Position numbers and translations under genes: made by a program. From positions 1-47,467 of the forward strand of contig CAITYE010000400.1 of the NCBI GenBank assembly GCA_903896535.1: DNA of 47,467 bases, written 5' to 3'. The stretch comes from an uncultured Paracraurococcus sp. Its GTDB lineage: Bacteria; Pseudomonadota; Alphaproteobacteria; Acetobacterales; Acetobacteraceae. Below, piece by piece: positions 35,959 to 44,392 of the stretch. Position 1 is the stretch's first letter. Every line of letters starts with the position of its first letter. Under the pieces are notes generated by a model. That model saw only the letters and a program-made list of their open reading frames with translations, made no database searches and was not told the origin of the DNA.

Positions 35959-37314
35959 ATGACGCTCGATATCCTGCTCGCGGCATTGGCTTGGCCGGCT
36001 GCGGCTGGGCTGGTCCTGCGCGACGTGCCGGCGGGGCTGCGACCTGGCTTCTTCGCCTTCGTGCTGTTCCCCATCGCCTGCATCCTGCTACTCGAAGCCT
36101 GTGGACTTTATCGGCGGGAGGCGTTGCTCGATCTGCGCCGGGCTGTCGAGCGGCTGCCCTTCGCGGTCGCGGCGGGCAGCTTGCTTGCGGCGATGGCCCT
36201 GCTGGCCCTGCCGCTGCCTTTCCCGAGCCAGGGTGTCGAGCTGCTGTTTGCGGCGGCCGTGCCCTGCTTCATGCTGACCGGAATTCTCGCGCGCTGCTTG
36301 TTTTACCCGCTGCGCGACCGGCGCGGGTTACGCCGTAGGCTGCTGATCATCGGGGCTGGTGGGCGGGCCCATGATTTGGTGCTGCTGTTGCGGCGCGAAG
36401 CGGGCACGCTGGCCTATAATATCACCGCAGTGGAAGTGCCGTCTGATGGCCCCGCCGATCCTCGTCTCGCGGCCGGCCTCGGCTGCCGCGTCGTGCCGCC
36501 GACCGAGAACTACCTGCATCTTGCGCAAGCGGTCGCGGCCGATGAGATCGTCTTCGCCCCCGATGAAAGGCGCGGCTTCGGCATGGCGTCGCTCATAGCC
36601 TGCCGGACCTATGGCTATCCGGTGCGCGACTATCTTGGTTTTCTTGAACGCGAGATCCGGCGGGTCGATATCAAGCGCTTGGAACTCGGCTGGATCGTCT
36701 TCTCCGAAGGCTTCACCCGCGGCAAGCTCGACCAGGTCCTGAAGCGAGGGCTCGACATCGGCGCCAGCGTCATTTTGCTGGTGTTATCGGCGCCGATCTT
36801 GCTGGCGGCTGCGCTGGTCGTGGTCTGGCAGGATGGCGGTCCGGCGATCTATCGCCAGCACCGAGTGACCAAGCATAACCAAGTTTTTTTGATGCTGAAG
36901 CTGCGGACCATGCGCCAGGACGCCGAGTCTGCTGGGGCGGTCTGGGCGAGCGACGGCGATCCGCGCGTGACGCGTTTCGGCCGTTTCTTGCGCCGCTCGC
37001 GCATCGATGAGTTGCCGCAGCTGTTCAACGTCCTGAAAGGCGATATGTCTTTTGTCGGGCCGCGGCCCGAGCGACCGGAGTTTGTGGCCGAACTCGCCAA
37101 GACTCTGCCGCTCTACAATGAACGTCATGTCATGCAGGCTGGGCTGACTGGTTGGGCGCAGGTCAACTATCCCTACGGCGCCTCACTCAACGATTCCCGC
37201 TCTAAGCTTAGCTATGATCTCTATTATGTGAAAAACCACAGCGTGCTGTTCGATGTGCTGATCATCCTCCGAACGCTGCGGGTCGTCCTATGGCCGGGCA
37301 ATTTGGTGCGCTGA
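35959..37314 (+). CDS. Polyprenyl-phosphate glycosyl-1-phosphate transferase (WbaP/exopolysaccharide priming 'bacterial sugar transferase')
   Basis: The C-terminal domain carries KRGLDIGASVILLVLSAPILL, LKLRTM, PRVTRFGRFLRRSRIDELPQLFNVLKGDMSFVGPRP. The N-terminus has TM segments from the ATG at 35959. The start is uncertain (an upstream in-frame ATG is possible). Confidence 0.85.
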   Translation: MTLDILLAALAWPAAAGLVLRDVPAGLRPGFFAFVLFPIACILLLEACGLYRREALLDLRRAVERLPFAVAAGSLLAAMALLALPLPFPSQGVELLFAAAVPCFMLTGILARCLFYPLRDRRGLRRRLLIIGAGGRAHDLVLLLRREAGTLAYNITAVEVPSDGPADPRLAAGLGCRVVPPTENYLHLAQAVAADEIVFAPDERRGFGMASLIACRTYGYPVRDYLGFLEREIRRVDIKRLELGWIVFSEGFTRGKLDQVLKRGLDIGASVILLVLSAPILLAAALVVVWQDGGPAIYRQHRVTKHNQVFLMLKLRTMRQDAESAGAVWASDGDPRVTRFGRFLRRSRIDELPQLFNVLKGDMSFVGPRPERPEFVAELAKTLPLYNERHVMQAGLTGWAQVNYPYGASLNDSRSKLSYDLYYVKNHSVLFDVLIILRTLRVVLWPGNLVR

Positions 37315-37358
37315 CCGACCGCCTGATCGGCGCGAGGATGCTGTGCCAGATCGGCGAC

Positions 37359-37464
37359 CTAGAGCATGCTGCGTTCACATACGTTCACGCAGCCCGCTCT
37401 AGCATGTGTTGGATCGCGCGATTCAGCGCCTTCGGCGATTCCGCCTCAACGCATCGCGCTCTAG
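37359..37464 (-). repeat. CTAG-bounded mosaic repeat, copy C (perfect inverted twin of copy A)
   Basis: I reverse-complemented copy A by hand and compared it base by base: 106/106 identical. Confidence 0.9.
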
Positions 37465-37568
37465 AGCAGGTTATCTGCGTTCAGACGTAATCGCCGAAAC
37501 GCGGAATCCCTCGGCCAACCAGACGTCAGAGCATGATGTGTTCGCTTTCGCCCCCGCATCCCGCTCTA
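37465..37568. repeat. Decayed repeat-family remnant adjoining copy C
   Basis: ctgcgttcagacgtaatcg resembles the gctgcgttcaggcggaatcg module. cagagcatgatg...cccgctcta resembles family termini. The final CTA is the complement of the UPF0126 gene's TAG stop. Confidence 0.5.
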
Positions 37569-38189
37569 ACCGCGCGGCCGGTAGGTGGGCAGTGACCAGC
37601 CGAACCGGATGGCAGCGCCGCGGATCGCGAAGCCGACCGCTACGCCGATGAGCAAGGCTGGGTCCCGCCAGATCCCGTTCAGCCGGAGCGCGACGAAGGT
37701 CGCCGCGCCGGCGAGTGCCGCGAGGGCATAGATTTCCTTCTGGAAAAGCAAGGGGATCTCGTCGCAGACCACGTCGCGCAACACGCCTCCGAAGCTCGCG
37801 GTCACGACCCCGAGGAGCACCGCCGCCCAGGGTTGCGCCCCCGATAACAAGGCGATTTCCGCCCCCAGAACGGCATAAAGGGCCATGCCCACAGCATCCG
37901 CCCAGAGCAGCGCGGTGAACTCCCCGGTGGGCCGCGGTCGAAGCATGAAGACCGCGAACGCCGCCGCTCCTGCGGCCGCGATCAGTTCGGGCCGCTGCAG
38001 CCAGAAGATCGGAGTCCGGCCTAGCAGGAGGTCGCGCAGTGTCCCGCCGCCGAAGCCGGTCAGCACCGCGATTACCGTAAAGCCCACCAGATCGAGCCGC
38101 TTTTGCGCCGCGACCAGGGCGCCCGAGACGGCGAAGACCGCGACTCCGGCGACATCGAGCCAACCCAGCAGAGCGTCCAGCGCGATCAC
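37566..38189 (-). CDS. UPF0126/TRIC-type (YadS-like) membrane protein
   Basis: Two glycine-transporter-like repeats (AVFAVSGALVAAQKRLDLVGF... and ALYAVLGAEIAL...). The GTG at 38189 lies 2 nt after the upstream MFS stop and avoids a 73-nt overlap. Confidence 0.8.
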   Translation of the reverse strand: MIALDALLGWLDVAGVAVFAVSGALVAAQKRLDLVGFTVIAVLTGFGGGTLRDLLLGRTPIFWLQRPELIAAAGAAAFAVFMLRPRPTGEFTALLWADAVGMALYAVLGAEIALLSGAQPWAAVLLGVVTASFGGVLRDVVCDEIPLLFQKEIYALAALAGAATFVALRLNGIWRDPALLIGVAVGFAIRGAAIRFGWSLPTYRPRG

Positions 38190-38191
38190 GC

Positions 38192-39418
38192 TTATTCGGC
38201 GGGGGCCACCTGCGGCGTCGCCCGCCGCTCCGACCGGGCGCTTTCCTGCGCGCTGCCGCCACATAGGATCGAGAGGCCGAGCAACCCGGCGACGACCGGC
38301 AGAACCAGCCAGGGGTAGCCGATGTCGATAAGATAGCCGAGCGGGACGGGCGTGATCGCCGAACCCATGGGCAGGCCGGCCGAAACAAAGCCGAATACCT
38401 TGCCGATCGAACCTGGCGGGGCGGCATCCTTCAGCATGACATCGCGCGGAGTGCGCGAGGTACCGAGGGCCAGTCCGCCGACCAGAGCGATGGCGAGCAG
38501 CAACGGTTCCGGCAAGCGGATCATGCCCATCACCAGCAAAACTGCCATGGCAAGCAAGGTGAGGAGTGTCACCATGCCGAAGAGGTTGCGCTTGGACTTA
38601 TCAGCGATCCAGCCGCCGATCAGGGACCCGCTGGTGGTGCCGGCCATATAGGCGGTGAGGACCGTCGAGGCGGCGAGCACCGGCATGCCCCAGAGCTGGC
38701 CCAGTACCGTCACCAACCACGACTGGATGCCCGAGCCCGCCATGGAGGAGAGCAGGAAGAAGGCGAAGAAGAGCAGGATCGGCCGGCTCATCAGCACCTC
38801 ACGTCCGGAGGCGGTGGTCTCGCCATGCTTTGGCTTGGCCTGGTCCTTCAGCACGCCGCTCTGTGCCAGGATTGCCAGGACGACCGGCACGCCGAGCAAG
38901 CCGACCGTCAGCAGGGCACCACGCCAATCGAAAACGGTCAGCAGCAGGGCGATGACCGGCGGCGCCACGGCGAAACCAAGGTGTCCGGTGAAGGCGTGCA
39001 ACGAGAAGGCTCGCCCCATGAACCCCTTGGTGATGCTACCGGTCATGATGGCGTAATTTGCCGGGTGAATGACGCTGTTGCCGACACCCGAGAGGATGGC
39101 GAGTGCCAAGACCCACAAGAATGAGGGCGCGAAGGCCATGGCGCTGATCGAGAGCGCCATGAGCAAGGTGCCGCCGATCAGGAAGGGCCTGGCCCCCCAG
39201 CGGTCCACCCAGAACCCAATCGGTGTTTGCAGCAACGCCGTGGCGCCGGCCATCAACGAGACGGCCAGCCCAAGCGTCGCGTAGGAGACATTAAATTCTT
39301 GCCGCCACACCAAGAATAGCGGCGGCAGGCAGATCATATAGAAATGCGACAGAAAATGGCCGGTGCCGATCAGCGCGATGATGCGGGCGTCGCGGCCGGC
39401 CGATGGCTCGGGTTCCAT
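38192..39418 (-). CDS. MFS transporter
   Basis: 408 aa with about 12 TM segments and an MFS-like loop motif (GFWVDRWGARP). Confidence 0.85.
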   Translation of the reverse strand: MEPEPSAGRDARIIALIGTGHFLSHFYMICLPPLFLVWRQEFNVSYATLGLAVSLMAGATALLQTPIGFWVDRWGARPFLIGGTLLMALSISAMAFAPSFLWVLALAILSGVGNSVIHPANYAIMTGSITKGFMGRAFSLHAFTGHLGFAVAPPVIALLLTVFDWRGALLTVGLLGVPVVLAILAQSGVLKDQAKPKHGETTASGREVLMSRPILLFFAFFLLSSMAGSGIQSWLVTVLGQLWGMPVLAASTVLTAYMAGTTSGSLIGGWIADKSKRNLFGMVTLLTLLAMAVLLVMGMIRLPEPLLLAIALVGGLALGTSRTPRDVMLKDAAPPGSIGKVFGFVSAGLPMGSAITPVPLGYLIDIGYPWLVLPVVAGLLGLSILCGGSAQESARSERRATPQVAPAE

Positions 39419-39543
39419 GCCGGTCTCCGAAAGGTCGGAAGATCGAATACGCCTAAGCCCCGGTGCCGGTCAATGCGTCGCACAAGAACGGACCACGCCC
39501 AGCGGCGTGGCCCATCCTAATGTCATGACGGGCGGCTCAGCCT

Positions 39544-40281
39544 TCAGGCGTCGTCGTCGAACCCGCTGCTATCGACATCGCCGCCGCTACTGCCATCGTC
39601 ATAGGCGCCCGTCGCGTCCTGATCGCCCCAGCCGCGGCGCTGGCTCGGGTCGTCCCCCCAACCCGCCGCCGCCCCAGGCTGTTCCCAGGGGGAGCCGCTG
39701 GTTGGCACCGCTTCCTGGCCGAAGCCGCCGCCGGTGCCGAAATTGCCCGTGCTGTCGAAGGCCGCCGCCTGGGCATGGCCGCCCCCGGACAGGGCACCAA
39801 CGAGCATATTGCCCAGCACCATGCCGCCGGCGACCCCTGCCGCCGTGGTCAGGGCAGAGCCGAGGAAGCCGGAGCCGCCGGCACCCACCATGCCGCGCTG
39901 ATAGCCCGGCGGGTAATAAGGCTGCGGCGGCGCGGCGGCGGCCGTCCGACCGCCGCCGAAGAGGCCACCGAGCAGACCGCCCCGGCCCTGTTGCGCCTGA
40001 GCGTTCTGCACTTCCCATTCCAGTTGGCGGATGCGGTTCTGGGCCTCGATCAGCGCCGCCTCCTGCACGAAGGCGGTTTGTGTGATGCGGTATCGCGCCT
40101 CTGGATGGCGGGCAAAGAGGTCAGCGATCAGCGCGTCAGAAACCGGGTCCACGGGTGGCAGCGCTGGGCGAGCCTGGGTTGCCGGCACGCTGCCGCCCCA
40201 GGGGCCGGCGGCCGGCGCCGGTCCGGCACCGGCGATGCGCTCGACAAACTCAGTGATGATACGGCGCTCGGCGTCGTTCAT
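39544..40281 (-). CDS. DUF2076-like protein with Gly-rich and acidic C-terminal regions
   Basis: From the ATG at 40281, which has a good SD (GGAGACAGAGG). Sequence MNDAERRIITEFVERIAG...ARYRITQTAFVQEAALIEAQNRIRQLEWEV, then a G-rich region and a D-rich tail. The family name is from memory. Confidence 0.75.
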   Translation of the reverse strand: MNDAERRIITEFVERIAGAGPAPAAGPWGGSVPATQARPALPPVDPVSDALIADLFARHPEARYRITQTAFVQEAALIEAQNRIRQLEWEVQNAQAQQGRGGLLGGLFGGGRTAAAAPPQPYYPPGYQRGMVGAGGSGFLGSALTTAAGVAGGMVLGNMLVGALSGGGHAQAAAFDSTGNFGTGGGFGQEAVPTSGSPWEQPGAAAGWGDDPSQRRGWGDQDATGAYDDGSSGGDVDSSGFDDDA

Positions 40282-40370
40282 GGGTCCTCTGTCTCCAACG
40301 GATATACCTGTGCCGACGACATGGTCCGGCGCCTTGGTCGCTTCAAGCGGCGATCGGTTAAAAATGAAAT

Positions 40371-40790
40371 TCAAGCAATCTTTGCAGGTAAGCCAAGCCG
40401 GCGCCATTCGATCACCGGGCAGCGATCCTGGACGAAACGGAGCCCGGCATCCCGCGCCCGCGCCCCGGCCAAGTCATCGACCACGCCGAGTTGCAACCAG
40501 ACCGTCCTGGCGCCCAGGCGGATCGCCTCATCGACCACCGCGCCCGCTTCCTCGCTCCTGCGGAAGACATCGACAAGATCGAGGGGGCTGGCATCGGCCA
40601 GGGCAGGCGCGACGTGCGCGCCATGCAGGCTTTGGCCGGCGAGGCCGGGATTGATCGGCGTGACCTGATAGCCGCGCGTCACGAGGAACTCGGCGACCCC
40701 GTGGCTGGCGCGGGCGGGGTTGGCCGAAGCGCCGACCACCGCGATCCGTCGGGTGCTGAGCAGGATGTCGCGGATCTCGGCATCGGTCAT
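40371..40790 (-). CDS. CoA-binding domain protein (YccU-like)
   Basis: 139 aa: ILLSTRRIAVVGASANPARASHGVAEFLVTRGYQVTPINP.... Confidence 0.8.
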   Translation of the reverse strand: MTDAEIRDILLSTRRIAVVGASANPARASHGVAEFLVTRGYQVTPINPGLAGQSLHGAHVAPALADASPLDLVDVFRRSEEAGAVVDEAIRLGARTVWLQLGVVDDLAGARARDAGLRFVQDRCPVIEWRRLGLPAKIA

Positions 40791-40796
40791 GGCGAT

Positions 40797-41108
40797 CTAG
40801 CCCACCGGCTGGAAATCATAGCTGCCGACCCCCTGGAGGATCGCGAAGCGGCAGCGCCCGCCATCCTTGCCGGTGACCCGATGCGCCTGCCTCGCCGGAA
40901 CCGCGTGCATCTGGCCGGGCGCCAGTTCGATCGCAGCGCGCGGCGCGCGCGTTTCGATGACCATGGGCCCGTCCATGCACCAGAAGGTATCGGTCACCTC
41001 GCTGTGCCAATGCCAGGGCACTTCCTGCCCCGCGGCGAGGGTGAGGATCTGCATGCGCAAGCCAGGGGCCTGGGCGACCAGTTCGCGCTTTTCCAAGGGG
41101 TAGGACAT
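40797..41108 (-). CDS. Cupin domain protein
   Basis: 103 aa with a cupin metal motif-like sequence (PWHWHSEVTD...HAVPARQAHRV). Confidence 0.75.
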   Translation of the reverse strand: MSYPLEKRELVAQAPGLRMQILTLAAGQEVPWHWHSEVTDTFWCMDGPMVIETRAPRAAIELAPGQMHAVPARQAHRVTGKDGGRCRFAILQGVGSYDFQPVG

Positions 41109-41126
41109 TCGGCGGATTCCCCGTGT

Positions 41127-42050
41127 TCAGGCTTTGGCGGGATGCACCCGCAGCCAGTGCCGGGCGATATCGGCACGGCGACAGACCCAGACATCCTGGT
41201 GCTTCACAACATGGTCGAGGAAGCGTTCCAGCGCCGCGGCCCGGGCCGGGCGGCCGGCGAGGCGGCAATGCAGGCCGACCGACATCATCTTCGGTGTCTT
41301 CTGCCCTTCGCGGCGGAGAAAGTCGAAGGCATCGGTCAGGTGCTGGGTGAAGCCGTCATTGGCGGTGAAGCCGGGCGGCACCGCGAATTTCATGTCGTTG
41401 TTATCGAGCGTGTAGGGGAGGATTAGCAGCGGCTTGCCGGCGGCCTGGACGTAGTAGGGCAGGTCATCGGCGTAGCTGTCGCTGTCATACAGAAAGCCGC
41501 CATGTTCGGCGACGAGGCGGCGGGTGCGCAGGCTGATCCGCCCGGTGTACCAACCGACTGGCGGGCTGCCGGTGGTGCGGGCGATCACCTCAACGCAGCG
41601 GGCGATCTCGGCGCGCTCGGTCGCCTCCGGCACGGCGCGATAGTCGATCCAGCGCCAGGCATGCGAGGCGACCTCATGCCCGGCCGCGGCAAAGGCCTGC
41701 CCAATGCAGGGGTTCAACTCCAGCGCCCGGCCGACGGCATAGACGGTGAGCGGCAGGTTGCGCTCGGCAAACAGGCGCAGGATGCGCCAGACGCCAGCGC
41801 GGGCGCCGTAGTCGAACTGGGTCTCGGTGGAGAGGTCGCGCTCGGCGCGCGACTCGCCGCCCGGCACCTCGTGCAGGTAGCGCTCGCTGCCGGAATCGCC
41901 GTTGAGGACGCTGTTCTCGGCCCCCTCCTCGTAATTCAGCACGAAGGACAGGGCGAGCCTGGCGCCGCCCGGCCATTGCGGGTCTGGCGGGGAATCGGCG
42001 TAGCCGCGGAAGTCGCGGGGATGCGGGGTATCGGCGGCGAGGATCGTCAT
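41127..42050 (-). CDS. Polysaccharide-deacetylase-fold protein, PuuE (allantoinase)-like
   Basis: From the ATG at 42050. PRDFRGYADSPPDPQWPGGARLALSFVLNYEEGAE matches the PuuE-type N-terminus as I remember it. 307 aa. Confidence 0.8.
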   Translation of the reverse strand: MTILAADTPHPRDFRGYADSPPDPQWPGGARLALSFVLNYEEGAENSVLNGDSGSERYLHEVPGGESRAERDLSTETQFDYGARAGVWRILRLFAERNLPLTVYAVGRALELNPCIGQAFAAAGHEVASHAWRWIDYRAVPEATERAEIARCVEVIARTTGSPPVGWYTGRISLRTRRLVAEHGGFLYDSDSYADDLPYYVQAAGKPLLILPYTLDNNDMKFAVPPGFTANDGFTQHLTDAFDFLRREGQKTPKMMSVGLHCRLAGRPARAAALERFLDHVVKHQDVWVCRRADIARHWLRVHPAKA

Positions 42051-42463
42051 ACCCCCGATATGCCCCGTCGCGGCGCCGCGCGGTAGGGCCGGGCACCGGC
42101 CCGGACGGCGATCGCGTGCGGCCATGGTTCGGGGCGCCCCGGGGGCCGGGCGGGCGCCACAGGTTGAGGGAATTGAGGTGGTTGAACCCCTCAATTCAGC
42201 TCAGTTTTGTCAACCGAAACGACCTGGATTTTGTCGTGATGTCATGCGCTTGAGAGCGAATTTCTTGAGAAATTTTGCTGATTTACCGGCTTTAGGCGTG
42301 CACGCAGCAATCCGGGCCCGCCCTGAAGCAGATACGGTTTTCAAGGAGCGGGAGGCCGCCCGGACGGCCAAGCCCAATCTGCCAGGGTGAGGCCAGAATC
42401 ACAAGACATTTTTCCTAATTCGAGATCGAGGCTATCGATCGCGCCGGCGCCCACATCGCAAAA

Positions 42464-42493
42464 GGGCGCGATCCGGCCGACCGGATCGCGCCC
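42464..42493 (-). terminator. Rho-independent terminator downstream of ilvC
   Basis: Perfect 13-bp stem gggcgcgatccgg-ccga-ccggatcgcgccc, followed on the minus strand by TTTTGCG. Confidence 0.75.
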
Positions 42494-42508
42494 CTGCGCT
42501 GCGTCGCT

Positions 42509-42533
42509 CGGCACGCGGCAAAGCCGCGTGCCG
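42509..42533 (-). terminator. GC hairpin cggcacgcggc-aaa-gccgcgtgccg 6 nt after the ilvC stop
   Basis: Perfect 11-bp stem with no U-tract. It belongs to the stop-proximal hairpin family (see findings). Confidence 0.5.
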
Positions 42534-42539
42534 CAGGTC

Positions 42540-43577
<1,038 letters not shown>

Positions 43578-43790
43578 CTAAGATTTTTTCGCCGCTCGGC
43601 CCTCTTGCTCTGCAAGAGCAAATTCCACCAGGCGGCGACGGCCTTCGCCTCGATTGATCCCTCCACCTCGATTGATCCCTCCAGCGGCTGTCAGCATTGC
43701 TGAAGCAACACGCTGATCCCAACCCGGGGTCCGTGTCAGCGTTCCGCTAAGAAACTGCTGGAGAAGCTCTACCGCCTCGGTCTCGGTCAT
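43578..43790 (-). CDS. Hypothetical 70-aa ORF in the ilvH-ilvC spacer (doubtful)
   Basis: Possible SD (AAGAGG) 7 nt upstream. However, 34 of 70 codons end in A/T by my count, unlike the neighbours. It contains the in-frame 18-bp duplication (GGINRG x2). Confidence 0.25.
   Translation of the reverse strand: MTETEAVELLQQFLSGTLTRTPGWDQRVASAMLTAAGGINRGGGINRGEGRRRLVEFALAEQEGRAAKKS
43648..43683. repeat. Perfect 18-bp tandem duplication (cctcgattgatccctcca x2)
   Basis: Read directly: unit 1 is 43648-43665 and unit 2 is 43666-43683. Confidence 0.9.
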
Positions 43791-43829
43791 TGGTTTGCCT
43801 CTTGCCGCCTTTGCAGGGGACTGATCAGG

Positions 43830-44351
43830 TCAACTCAGGCCGGACGGCCCGCGCAGGATGGCGACGACGCCGGTCCGCGACACCTCGGCCAGCCCGATCG
43901 GCTGCATCAGGGCACAAAACGCGTCGATCTTGTCGCCGGCCCCGGTCAGCTCGAACACAAAGCTCTCGGTCGTCGCATCCACCACGCGGGCGCGGAAGGC
44001 CTCCGCCAGCCGCAGCGCTTCCACCCGGTTCTCCCCGCGGCTGACGACCTTGATCAACGCCAGCTCGCGCGCCAAATGCGGGCCCTCCAGCGTCAGGTCG
44101 CTCACCTTATGCACCGGCACCAGCCGGTCGAGCTGCGCCTTGATCTGCTCGATCACCATCTCGGTGCCGGAGGTGACGATGGTGATGCGCGAGAGACGCC
44201 GGGCATCATCCACCGGCGCCACTGTCAGGCTTTCGATATTATAGCCGCGGCCGGAAAACAGGCCGACGACGCGCGCCAGAATCCCCGCCTCGTTTTCGAC
44301 GAGGACGGCAATGGTCGCATTGCGCAGGGCGGTCTCGGACGGGTTTGGCAT
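43830..44351 (-). CDS. ilvH: Acetolactate synthase small (regulatory) subunit
   Basis: 173 aa with an ACT domain N-terminus (IAVLVENEAGILARVVGLFSGRGYNIESLTV). Confidence 0.93.
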   Translation of the reverse strand: MPNPSETALRNATIAVLVENEAGILARVVGLFSGRGYNIESLTVAPVDDARRLSRITIVTSGTEMVIEQIKAQLDRLVPVHKVSDLTLEGPHLARELALIKVVSRGENRVEALRLAEAFRARVVDATTESFVFELTGAGDKIDAFCALMQPIGLAEVSRTGVVAILRGPSGLS

Positions 44352-44392
44352 ACCGGGCGTCTTCTATCCGATGGGGCGCGGCTGTCGAGGGC

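Noticed and set aside
12033-37358. The 25.3-kb segment flanked by identical inverted 106-bp repeats, considered as a composite transposon or genomic island.
   Set aside because: Its content is core housekeeping (tgt, queA, dnaB, alr, mlaEF, helicase) with the same GC and codon bias as the flanks. There is no transposase, integrase or tRNA attachment site. The repeats belong to a dispersed family with other copies inside the segment.
11927-37568. The repeat copies considered as a CRISPR array.
   Set aside because: The copies are kilobases apart, lie in both orientations, are 50-106 bp long with internal hairpins and have no regular spacers. No cas genes are present.
42124-42390. An 88-aa ORF on the plus strand in the large spacer downstream of ilvC.
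   Set aside because: It has no SD, a mixed and atypical codon pattern, a composition unlike real proteins of this genome, and it overlaps inverted repeats. I treat it as non-coding (see the finding on this spacer).
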